Of a stretch of DNA of 64,000 nucleotides, positions 48,392 through 57,515 are shown in pieces. Source of the stretch: Alphaproteobacteria bacterium (lineage in GTDB: Bacteria > Pseudomonadota > Alphaproteobacteria > UBA8366 > CAVOAK01); NCBI GenBank assembly GCA_965217615.1, contig CBDCIT010000016.1, forward strand, positions 229,272 through 293,271, in the 5' to 3' direction. The translations under genes and the position numbers were made by a program. Position 1 is the first letter of the stretch; the number at the start of each line of letters is the position of its first letter. Below the pieces are notes generated by a model. It searched no databases, had not been told where the DNA came from, and saw nothing but the letters and a program-made list of their open reading frames with translations.

Positions 48392-50155
48392 TTACCGATT
48401 GAGGGTTCGCTTCCAATCTCTTCGCAGGGGCCGAAGCCAGATGTCCTTCCTGGGCTTGTCGTAGAGCTTGTCCCGGTCGTAGCGTCCGCGTCCCTGGGTG
48501 GTCCCGACATGGATCCAGCCGGAGGCTCTGTAGACGGCTCCGGTGTAGCGGGGCGTCTCGACGAAAGTCTCGATGAGCACGGGCGTTGTGTTGTAGCGCT
48601 CGGTCCAGTCCTCGGGCAGGCGCCGGCGGATGATGGCGAGGATGTGCGAGCCCAGGTTGGGGATATTGATCCAGGGCAGGGTGCAGCGAGACTAGCTGCT
48701 GTACTTGCGGGTGAGAGTCCCGTCGGCGCAATTCTCAGTTTAGCGCCGTAGTGATATCCGGCAGGCATGCGGGGCGACCCGGTGGTCTGAAAGCCCGGAA
48801 GTAAAAGCCCCGGAGGGCCGGAGGGTCGTAGTGCCTCTCAGGTCTGGTCAGTTCGGTGGGGCGAGCGAACAGTAGGGCCGTAACGAAAGTGAACGGATTA
48901 AGCGTCGAAAATCATGTCCTGCATGAAGCTGATTTGCGGGGTAAACGGAGCTGCCAAGGGTTTCCTGCCTATCCGATGGCCAGTGCCGGTGCGGAAGAAC
49001 TGAGGCGCACGCATCGGGGCTCCCGGCGTATTGAAGGCGGCAATACTGGACAGTACAGCAGTGAAAGTCCGGAAGGTGTGGAGGTCAGACAGGATGATCC
49101 TTGGATGTCAAAGACCGTGTCTATAACTGGCTGTGCCGGGAAATGAGACGGAGATCTCCAGACTGGCGGATGAGGTCGTCAAGCGTTGATGGGCGGGACA
49201 ACATAACCCGGCTGGAGCGAGGACCTCAGGGCTCAGGTGGCAGTGCTGCTACCGTATGGTCCGCACACAGAGGCGGACGGTCTTCAAGGCGGTCGGCACG
49301 GTCTAAGGACGGAGCAAACGAGGGCTGTGGTCAGGAGAATGGCTGGGTCGACCTTAACCCTGACGCGTCCGCGGAAGGCTCCACTCCGAACTGTGAGGTG
49401 CCTGATGCTTGAAGCCGGACCGGGGAAAACCCGATGTCCGGAATTTTAGGGGGGGCGGCTGGAAACGTGGCCTATGGTGGAACTGTGAACCCACCCCGCA
49501 ACCGAAAGGGCGGGGCTGGAAACCCTCCACCTACCGGTGCGCGCGCCAGTGCCCTACCCGACATCAGGAACCGCGGGTTATCGACCATGAGGGGCAGGTT
49601 CTTCTCGCGTAGTTGCGGCGTCCACCCGATGAAGGTGTCGCGCGGTGCGAGCTTCCAGGCGGCGGTTGAGAAGCCGAGCATGGCGACGGGCCAGCCGTCG
49701 CGGTCGTGGACGGCGTAGCGCATCTGGGCGCCGACCAGGGTCCTGTAGCCGAGATAGTGGTAGCGGGCGATGAACTCGTTCCACAGCTTGCCCTCCCGGG
49801 TGCCGCGCACGACGGGCCGCAGGGTGAGCGGACGGACCTCGTCGAGGGTTGTCGGCGTCGGGAACAGCGGCGGTTCGGTGTCCGGTCCGAAGACGATGGG
49901 CTTGGGCCGGTTCTGCCGTCCCTGCTTCGGCGGCAGAACGATGAGGCCGTCGCGGTGCATATCGAGCATGGTGACCCTGGCCATCATGTCCTTGAGGCCG
50001 CCGTCGGGCTTGAACCAGCCGATGCGCCGGCAGAACGCCTTCGACAGGCGATGGCGGTTCAGCGCCGGAGGGCCGGCGATCAGGGCGCGCAGCAGCGCCA
50101 TCTCTTCGGCGGTGAAGTCGCGGCCGTAATAGCGGCACTCGACGGCGCCGGTCAT
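48392..50155 (-). pseudogene. DUF4338-domain gene, interrupted by an 882-nt insertion (exon-like parts 50155..49563 and 48680..48392)
   Basis: N-part: MTGAVECRYYGRDFTAEEM…NEFIARYHYLGYRTLVGAQMRYAV…WKLAPRDTFIGWTPQLREKNLPLMVDNPRFL. C-part: LPWINIPNLGSHILAIIRRRLPEDWTERYNTTPVLIETFVETPRYTGAVYRASGWIHVGTTQGRGRYD…. The parts sum to 882 nt (293 codons) in one frame. Confidence 0.85.
48681..49562 (+). mobile_element. ORF-less structured insertion, putative group II intron-like retroelement (antisense to DUF4338)
   Basis: No TSD. Starts GTGCAG and ends CCCTACCCGAC. GNRA-type loops occur only on the + strand. A D5-like hairpin lies at 49413..49441. A G7 tract (49449..49455) can pair with CCCUACCC (49552..49559), leaving A49556 bulged 7 nt from the 3' end. 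CCTGCC (48964..48969) complements the 6 nt (GGCAGG) preceding the insertion. See findings for caveats. Confidence 0.5.
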
Positions 50156-52578
50156 CCCGGCGCCGTCAGGGCGAGCCTGTGTTCCTCGTTCATCGACCAT
50201 GGCAGCCAAGGCGACAGGTCGTCCGGCGGTCGACGGCCATTCTTCGCGCATTCTTCCAGCCACGCTTCAAGCCAGCGCAGGACATCGATGCCGTTTAACG
50301 CGAGGGTGCCCACCACCGAGTACATCATGGCCGTGAACCGGGCGCCGGTCTCGCTGTCGGAGCCGAACGACAGGCGTCTTCCGATCGCTGGCCCTCTGAG
50401 CATCCTTTCGGCGAGATTGTTGTCCATCGGCACCAGCGGGCGGTCGACGAAGACGCTCAGCCCCTCGCGATGGTTGATGAGCGAGCGCAGGGCCTTGCCC
50501 TCGCGCGCCTCGTCGGGCAGGCCGGCGAGCTCCCGTTCGGCCTGCGCGAACAGGCCGTCGAGCGTCTCCTCCAGCGCGCCCTGTGCCGTGTCGAACGCCG
50601 ACGTCTGGCGCTCAAGCTCGGCGCCGTAATGCTCCAGCCGCGCCTCGTTCAGGCGGTAGATCGACGCGATCCGCTCGATCCATCCCCGGCACCATTCCGT
50701 CAGGCTGACCTGGCCGGCCGCGCACTCGATAAAATCGCGCCGTTGATGAGACCAACAGAACGCAAGGGTCACCAGCCCCCCGCGAAGGCGAGCGAGCCGC
50801 TTGTAGGCGCTATAGCGGTCGCAGACGATGACCGTGTGGAGGAGGGCCGCCGCGAACAGCTTCTCCGCCGCTTCGGCGCTGCGCGAAGGGTCGATATAGA
50901 AGTAGACGGCATCGCTGCTGACCGAGGTCCACAGCCAGGCGCGGCTCGACCGGTCTTCCCCGCGAAGCTCTTGCACGCGCCAGCTGGTTTCGTCCGCATG
51001 GCGCAGCGCCGCCTTGTCCTGGTGCGCGAGGATCGCCCCGGCGACTGGCTCGAACAGTGGCACGAAGCGGAGCATGCTGTCGGCGAGCGTCCCGGGAGAG
51101 ATCGGCAGCCCCCGGTCGGACAGCCACGCGGCGACCCGCTTGAGCGGGCGGTAGCAGGCATAGCGTTCGAACAGGACGCAGGCCCACACGCTGATTCCGT
51201 AGGGCGTGTTGCGGAACAACCGCGGCACCGGGGGCGCCGACACTTCGATCGGCGACGACGCGCAGCCGCAGGCCCGGCGCCAGCGCGGACGGCGGATCAC
51301 ACGCTTGTGGGCCTTGACGTCGATCTCGACGAGCGGGGAGATATCGGCGCCGATCGCCGCATAGGGCTTGCCGCAACAGGAGCACACACGCGCCTCCTTC
51401 GGCGGGTTGATCTCCTCCTCGCGCTCCTCGAGCCCGGGCCGTCGGGTACGGCCATGGCCTGGGGCGCCGCGCTGCTGGCCGCGCGGGCGTCCGGAGCGCG
51501 GCGTCTCCTGCTTCTCGCTCTTTCGGCCGAACAGCGCCTTCGACAGCACCGCCCCGGTCGCGCGAAGCCTGGCAAGCTGCGCTTCCAGCGTCTGGATCCG
51601 ATTCCACGACGCCTTCGCGCCCTTGCGCAGCCGGGCGTTCTCCCTGGACAGCGATTTGATCGTGGCCTTCTGGCACCGAGATCTCCGCAACGCCCTGCGC
51701 AGTTCGGCATCCGCAATGGACAGCGTCTTCGACAGCGTCTTCCTGACCGCTCGAAGCCCGGCAAGCTCGGACTCAAGCGCCTTTCTGATTGCACGAAGTT
51801 TGGCAGGCTGAACCTCCAGCGACGCTTGCCGCCTCTCCAACTTCCGCACGGTCCTGCGCAGCCGCGCCTTCAATTTGTCTTTTTGGGCCTCGGACACGTT
51901 CAGAGCAACGCGCAGCCGGTAGCCCTCGCCGGACAAGGATTTCACCGCGTCCTTCTGGTCGCGCAGTCGCCTCAGTTCCGCAACGAGACGAACGATCTCG
52001 CGGTTCTGCGATCCGATCGTCTGCTTGTGGGTTTCCGCGCCCTGCAAATCCTTGCGCAACTCACGGACCTCGTACTCCAGCAACCCGGCCTTCTCCGCCC
52101 GGGCCTGCGCCACCTTCAGAGCCTTGCGCAGCTGGTTTACCTCCGTGAGCGACACAACCGGGGGCTGCCTGGCGGCCTCGATGCGGGATTCCGAAGGCCG
52201 CTGCTCAAACCGCGTCACTTCCGCCTTCGATGATTGCGCGGCCTTCACCGCGCGACGCAGTTCCTTCACCTCGACGCGGGACGCCTCCAGCTTGCCCCGA
52301 CAGCTGTCGAGCTGCCACTTGAAAGAACCCGCCCGGGAACGAGCATCCACATCTGACCGGCGCAGCTCTTCACAGCGTGCTTCGGCCGCGTCCGCCCGCG
52401 CCCGTTCCCGCTCCGCACGGGCGTGCTGCCGCTCGTACAGCGAACGCCAGTCGCGCGGCTGCTGCTCCAGCACGGACGCAGGGAACGACCAACCTGCATC
52501 GTTACCATCGGCCTGCGTCAGCGCTACGCCAATATCTTCGTCGAGAACCGCCATGCGCTCGACGATAGCCCATGGCAA
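50152..52578 (-). CDS. IS66-family transposase with unusually long N-terminal coiled-coil region (808 aa)
   Basis: C-terminal ~470 aa have the canonical IS66 TnpC layout (CSCCGKPY zinc-ribbon region, …RHADETSWRV…, …CWSHQRRDF…, …PMDNNLAERMLR…). The N-terminal ~340 aa are Arg/Leu/Ala/Lys-rich heptad-like repeats. Confidence 0.9.
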   Translation of the reverse strand: MPWAIVERMAVLDEDIGVALTQADGNDAGWSFPASVLEQQPRDWRSLYERQHARAERERARADAAEARCEELRRSDVDARSRAGSFKWQLDSCRGKLEASRVEVKELRRAVKAAQSSKAEVTRFEQRPSESRIEAARQPPVVSLTEVNQLRKALKVAQARAEKAGLLEYEVRELRKDLQGAETHKQTIGSQNREIVRLVAELRRLRDQKDAVKSLSGEGYRLRVALNVSEAQKDKLKARLRRTVRKLERRQASLEVQPAKLRAIRKALESELAGLRAVRKTLSKTLSIADAELRRALRRSRCQKATIKSLSRENARLRKGAKASWNRIQTLEAQLARLRATGAVLSKALFGRKSEKQETPRSGRPRGQQRGAPGHGRTRRPGLEEREEEINPPKEARVCSCCGKPYAAIGADISPLVEIDVKAHKRVIRRPRWRRACGCASSPIEVSAPPVPRLFRNTPYGISVWACVLFERYACYRPLKRVAAWLSDRGLPISPGTLADSMLRFVPLFEPVAGAILAHQDKAALRHADETSWRVQELRGEDRSSRAWLWTSVSSDAVYFYIDPSRSAEAAEKLFAAALLHTVIVCDRYSAYKRLARLRGGLVTLAFCWSHQRRDFIECAAGQVSLTEWCRGWIERIASIYRLNEARLEHYGAELERQTSAFDTAQGALEETLDGLFAQAERELAGLPDEAREGKALRSLINHREGLSVFVDRPLVPMDNNLAERMLRGPAIGRRLSFGSDSETGARFTAMMYSVVGTLALNGIDVLRWLEAWLEECAKNGRRPPDDLSPWLPWSMNEEHRLALTAPG

Positions 52579-52665
52579 AACGCGTTACCAGCCCAATTTT
52601 AGAGTTCATCCCGACATGGATGATGAGCCCAACGTCGGCCTATACCGGCCCGACCGAACCTTTAC

Positions 52666-52673
52666 CCGCAAAT
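52666..52673. repeat. 8-bp target-site duplication CCGCAAAT (right) of the IS66-family element
   Basis: Identical to 48347..48354. Confidence 0.9.
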
Positions 52674-53551
52674 ACCCTGTGCTGCGCACGCAGTGCATCG
52701 AGATCTCCGAAAACCGAGCGCACCAGATAGTTGACGACTGTCGCTTTAACCCGCTCGTTCGTCACCAGAACTGCCCTCAGACCGAAGCTCTTCATAGCCG
52801 CAGGGCTGTTGACGTAGTAGCCGCTGGGAATTGTGATCGGCGAAAGATCGCTCCGGCCCTTCAGCAGTATGTTAATCGCTCGTTGATCCACCGGAATTAC
52901 GCCCGCGCCACAGCGAGACGAAATTTCCGCGATGCGCGGCGAGGGGTGCGCCGCAACCAGCGTGATGACATCTACTCTACCGTCGCACAGCGCCGCCATC
53001 TGCTCGGAATCGGGTAACTCCAACATCTTGGCGATGTCATCGTGCGCCGTATTCTGTGCCTGCAACAGCCAATCGGTCAGCAATCGCTGATACGTGCCGC
53101 GTGGCCCTATGTTGACGCGCAATCTAGCGAGCGCAACGGAACTTCGGATACTGGAGGCCTGAGTCGCCAAAATCGTCAGAGCCTCTCCGTGCATGGAAAA
53201 TATCGTGCGCAAGTCCTCATCGGCTCCCTCTTCTCTGAAGGGTCCGGTCCCGAGCGCTGCTTGTCGCACCCAATCCGACTGCACGATCGCGAAATCGATT
53301 GCACCGTTGCGAAGTGCCCGTAGATTGGCAAAAGAGTCGGCATTGCTTTCTACATAGCACCGCGTCGTGGCGCTCTGGCGGTTGAACAACTCGCAAAGCG
53401 CGCCCGCGGCGGGAAAGTAGAGGCCCGATACCCGTCCGCCACCGATTATGGTGTAGTCGACGCCCAGATTTGCTGATTCCTGGGCAGAAACGTGTGTAAG
53501 ACACACGATAGTCGTCGCAAATGCGACCGCCAGATATTTGAGTAGGCTCAT
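52666..53551 (-). pseudogene. TAXI-family TRAP solute receptor, N-terminal piece
   Basis: MSLLKYLAVAFATTIVCLTHVSAQE (signal peptide) …GGGRVSGLYFPAAGALCEL…ANLRALRNGAIDFAIVQSD…. The reading frame runs into the IS IR after …AQHRVFA. Confidence 0.85.
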
Positions 53552-54390
53552 TGCCGGCCCAAAAGTGAACGCGCTGCATTCGCGTCGGCAATCGGCCGGC
53601 ACATCAATGCAGCACCATCTCGAACCTGGGCGACAAGCGCCGCGTTATTGGGCGCCACGCTTCCGTCCGCGAGATGAAGATTGTTTTCGAACCCTACTCT
53701 GCAATGACCGTCGAGCGCAGCGGCCGAAAGGGCGCATCGCGCCTCCTGCGCGCCAAAGGCACACATCGACCACTCCAAGGGCAATCCGTCGCTGGCGTGC
53801 AGGAACGGCAGCAAGTCTCTGGGCGAAGACTGCTGGTCCTTGGTATAGCGACCGAGAACGAAGAGCACGAACGGGTGCTCGTCCGGGACGACGCCACGGT
53901 CCCGCAGCGAGATAAACTGTTCGACCTCCGCCGCTGAGAACATGATGAATTGTGGCATAATCCGCTCCGCAGCGACCCATGCTAGGAAATCCGCTACCAC
54001 ATGCTCCTTGCACCCAGGGGGGCAAATCTCTCGTATCGCCAACGAGACTGCTTCGGGCTTCACCGCACGCACCATTGCCATCTGCTCTTCAGGCTCGTAG
54101 ATGCCAACAGCTTCGCTGGTTATCTGGACGATGATGCGTTCGCCGACCTCGGCCCGAACCGCAGCAATAGCGGCTTTGTAGGCGTCGGCGTCAAGCGTGT
54201 GGCCCCCCGCCGCATCGCGCACATGAAGGTGGATCATGGCAGCGCCCCTCTCAACACAAGACGCTGCTTCGGCCGCGAGTTCTTGTGGCCCGATCGGAAG
54301 CGCTGCGTGATCTGCCTTTGTTTTCTTCGCACCGTTGGGGGCAACGGCGATCACAAGTGGTGGTGGATCTTTCGGGTGCGTCGTGTTCAT
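53548..54390 (-). CDS. BKACE-family (3-keto-5-aminohexanoate cleavage enzyme-like, DUF849) protein
   Basis: …VIAVAPNGAKKTKADHAALP…EAASCVERGAAMIHLHVRD…GHCRVGFENN…. The stop overlaps the TAXI start by 4 nt. Confidence 0.8.
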   Translation of the reverse strand: MNTTHPKDPPPLVIAVAPNGAKKTKADHAALPIGPQELAAEAASCVERGAAMIHLHVRDAAGGHTLDADAYKAAIAAVRAEVGERIIVQITSEAVGIYEPEEQMAMVRAVKPEAVSLAIREICPPGCKEHVVADFLAWVAAERIMPQFIMFSAAEVEQFISLRDRGVVPDEHPFVLFVLGRYTKDQQSSPRDLLPFLHASDGLPLEWSMCAFGAQEARCALSAAALDGHCRVGFENNLHLADGSVAPNNAALVAQVRDGAALMCRPIADANAARSLLGRQ

Positions 54391-54454
54391 GCGGTTCTGC
54401 AGCGCCCAACGCCACCAGAAACCGACGAGGTCCGCGTCAAATGAAGCTCTACTG

Positions 54455-55126
54455 TCAATCGGCCCAACGTGCCTCGCCGTTGGTCAAGGTCCACACGACA
54501 ATCTCCTTCAGCGCCTTACCCAATCCTTGGTCAAATGGTGAGATTATCGAATCCATTGAATTCTCACTCGACTTTACGACATGCTCGAACGTCTGCGAGG
54601 CGATGATCGATCGCTGTGGCATCTTAATCAGCTTTGCGTTGATATGGACGCGGACGGCGGGCGGACTCGCGCCGGCATCCGCCGTCTGAGTTGCACTTGG
54701 CTTGGGACCGCTAAATTCCGCTTGGAACTCTCGCACTTCGGTCTTCAGGAGATAGTCCGAGCGCAATCCAATCGACTCACGACCCACGCCGACGATCCGG
54801 CCAGTATTTTCGAACGACTCGACAATTAGCGTCTGCACCACGCGAGGCGCAAAATCCGTCCAGTTCGCAGCACCAATATAGTTGAGCTCGATTGGACTGT
54901 GACGGGCGGCAATGCGCGCGGTATTAAGGCCAGCGGCCGATATGGGTACCTCTACCAGCAGCTGCCAGTCGACCGTCGGAAGATTTTCGGGGAACGTATT
55001 TTTCGGCGTCAGCACATACAATCTGGAGGGATCGCCGCTGCCCGGCAATTCCACGCAGGCAGCCAGCAGCGTCGACAAAACAGCCGTGCAAACAAGGCAG
55101 CGAGTCCAACAATTGTTCTTGTTCAT
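54455..55126 (-). CDS. ABC-type transport auxiliary lipoprotein (MCE-operon associated, DUF330-like)
   Basis: Lipobox LLAAC; …LYVLTP…LLVEVPISAAGLNTARIA…DYLLKTEVREFQAEF…. Confidence 0.75.
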   Translation of the reverse strand: MNKNNCWTRCLVCTAVLSTLLAACVELPGSGDPSRLYVLTPKNTFPENLPTVDWQLLVEVPISAAGLNTARIAARHSPIELNYIGAANWTDFAPRVVQTLIVESFENTGRIVGVGRESIGLRSDYLLKTEVREFQAEFSGPKPSATQTADAGASPPAVRVHINAKLIKMPQRSIIASQTFEHVVKSSENSMDSIISPFDQGLGKALKEIVVWTLTNGEARWAD

Positions 55127-55619
55127 TTTACCTCCAGGCCCTGCTGCGCATTGCCAAACAAGAAGCGGGCTGGATCGCGCTCTATCTCCGACGATATCCG
55201 CATCAGCGCCGCGACGAGCACACGGGATTCCGCGAGTAGCTGCGTGAATTCGTACAACCCCGAAGCGGTGAAATCGGTGACGGCCCCCTGGTTCGATTCG
55301 AGAATTATCGCCAACTGTTCCGATGCTTTGCGTACGGCGGAAACCGTTGATTTTGCGTCGCCGCCGATGCCTTTCAATTCTCCATCGAGCGTCGTTAGCG
55401 TTTCGCCGAGACTCGCGGTCAAGGTTTGTGCGTCCTCGCGAAGCTCCGAGGTGAGCAATTGCATATCGCCCATTGTCGCCCGCGCTTCCCTGCTGATGAT
55501 GTCGACATTGTCGGCAACGTCACCGACAAGCCCGCGCAGTTCGGTGACGGCGGCGCGCGCTTCCGCCGAGGCAAGACGAAGTTCATCGATAACTTTCACG
55601 CCATCGGAGATCATCTGAG
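55123..55619 (-). pseudogene. MlaD/MCE-family protein, C-terminal helical fragment (N-terminus removed at the IS256 boundary)
   Basis: ORF 55123..55614. The frame is open up to the IS IR at 55620. It encodes only the repetitive helical C-terminal region (…LRGLVGDVADNVDIISREARATMGDMQLLTSEL…); the TM and MCE domains are absent. Confidence 0.7.
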
Positions 55620-57013
55620 GGTTGTGTCTCGAAAGTGGTGGAAATTGGTTTTGGCGCCTCTCCGAGCGGGCTGAGTTTTGCGGCGGTCAGACCGCTCGGT
55701 CAAGGGTTTCGTCGGCGATTAGCTGATCGAGGGTTTCCCATCCATCGACTTTGCGCATCTGGATTTGGCCGGAAGCGAGGAGCGCCCAGAGGAGCATCGG
55801 CACTGTTTCGGGACACGGCAGCACGGTCTGTGTTTTGATCCGGCGCTTGAACTCCTCGTTGAGACGCTCAATGGCGTTGGTCGTTCGGGCTGATTTCCAT
55901 TGGCTCTTGGACAGGCGCGTGAAGGTAAAGAGCTTGTCGCCCGCTTCTGCGAGGCTGTCCGCGACGGCCCTGCATTTCAGCCGCCACTTTGCGGACAAAC
56001 GCCTTGCGGCGGGTTTCCACCTCGGAGGCAGTGTCGGCATAGATCATATCGCGGTAATCTTCGCTCAGCTCGTCATGCATGTGTTTGGGAGCATGACCCA
56101 GAAGGTTGCGGTGCTTGTGCACGGTGCAGCGTTGAACGGGAAGGTCATCGCCCCAAAGCGCCGACAGAGCCGCCTCCAGTCCCGGCGCGCCATCGACGAT
56201 GACAAACCCGGGCCGTTTCAGTCCACGCGCATCAAGGTCGTCGAGGAACTGGCGCCACGCCGCCTGGCTTTCTCCGCCCATATTCCCGATCGAAAGCAAG
56301 ACCTTCTGGCCATCCCGGCGCACCCCTATAGCCGCGAGAACCGAGATGTTGGTGGCCTTGCGATCCAGTCGGGTCTTGATCACAGTGCCGTCAAGGATCA
56401 GCCGAACGATATCCTCATCCGCGAGGCCACGGCTGCACCAGGCGTCCCAATCGACCTTCACCTTGCGCCACGCCCGGCTCACAACGTCCTTGCTCACAGC
56501 ACCCCGGAAGAGCCCGAACAGCGCGCGTTTCACCCGCCGCGTGTTGGTTCCGGACAGATACACCGAAGCGATCAGCGCCTCGGCCTTTCTGGTCAGCCGC
56601 TGGTAGCGCGGCAGCGCCCGCGAACGCCATTCCGACGCCCGACCGTCTTCCTCAACGATCCGTGCACGCGGCACGCTCACCCTCTCGGTCCCGAATGTCC
56701 CCGTCAGTTGCCGCTCCCGGTGCCCGTTCCGATACCCTTGCCGAAGCGCGTCCTCTCGACCGTATCGGCAGCGCCCGAGAAACTGCGCAAGTTCCTCCTC
56801 AAAAACGGCCTCGATCGTGGATCTGATGTTCTCCCGCAGCCGGTCCTCGAGCGGATCATAGCCGGCGTCATTGGCCAGTAGCGAAAGCGCGGAAGTCTCG
56901 GTAGTGTTCTTCATGGCGTGATCTCCTTGGCGGTGCTAGCCGCCGGTTGGGTGGTTGTCTTGTCACCCGGAGATTACGCCATCCTCAAATTTCCACCACT
57001 TTCGAGACACAGC
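55620..57013 (-). mobile_element. IS256-family element (1394 bp)
   Basis: 27-bp IRs GG(T/C)TGTGTCTCGAAAGTGGTGGAAATT at 55620..55646 and on the complement of 56987..57013. IS256-type transposase. No flanking direct repeat. Confidence 0.9.
55687..56914 (-). pseudogene. IS256-family transposase with a single-nt frameshift
   Basis: ORF 55868..56914 (…VYLSGTNTRRV…DGTVIKTR…VIVDGAPGLEAA…QRCTVHKHRN…) continues in another frame as ORF 55687..56040 (…WRLKCRAVADSLAEAGDKLFTFTRLSKSQWKSARTTNAIERLNEEFKRRIKTQ…). The switch is at CGCAAAGTGG near 55995. Confidence 0.85.
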
Positions 57014-57515
57014 CTCATGGGCCCCTGCAGCTTGACTTGATTACGCAGCTTGGCGACGGCGCGTGAGAGGTTTCGATGTTCGGGTTTGAATGTCAGCAGA
57101 AGAACCGTCGTGACCAACGGCAGTTGCAAGAGGAATATCGGGTAGGCGTAGACCATCCAGGTCAAGTAGTCGATTAGGAATACGCGTGTATCCGGGTTTA
57201 GCGGATCGTAGAAGAACTCCTTCCAGTAACCGATCATAATGGCGTTCCTGACGCCACCCGACGGTGTCCCGATGCCAGCAACGGCACATCCATAGGCGAT
57301 CGAGAACAGCAGTACCGCGGCCAAATTGCGAACCTTGCGCGGATCGTCAGAGGTCAACTGGATCAGAGTTATGCCGACCGGCAGCATCATCGCCGCCACC
57401 GTATGCTCACCGATGAACGAGGCCAGCAATCCCGATACTACTGAGATTCCGAAACAAATGTTCGTTGTCTTGGTCCCGGTCATCCGAACGATCGCAAATG
57501 CGATGCGTTTATCTA

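Larger units (their letters stand above)
48355..52665 (-). mobile_element. IS66-family element (4311 bp including an 882-nt internal insertion)
   Basis: 27-bp perfect terminal IRs GTAAAGGTTCGGTCGGGCCGGTATAGG (48355..48381, and the complement of 52639..52665), starting with the GTAA typical of IS66. It has an 8-bp TSD and carries an IS66-type transposase plus a DUF4338 gene. Confidence 0.9.

Noticed and set aside
48681-49562. Alternative readings of the 882-nt insertion: a group I intron, a sense-strand group II intron, or an IS with a 4-bp CAGG target duplication.
   Set aside because: Group I: neither orientation ends in G, and only the minus orientation follows a U. Sense (minus) orientation: it begins GUCGG and all tetraloops become UUUC-type. 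CAGG-TSD model: it would delete the conserved Ile-Leu of the RFLILPW motif, whereas the no-TSD model restores it exactly.
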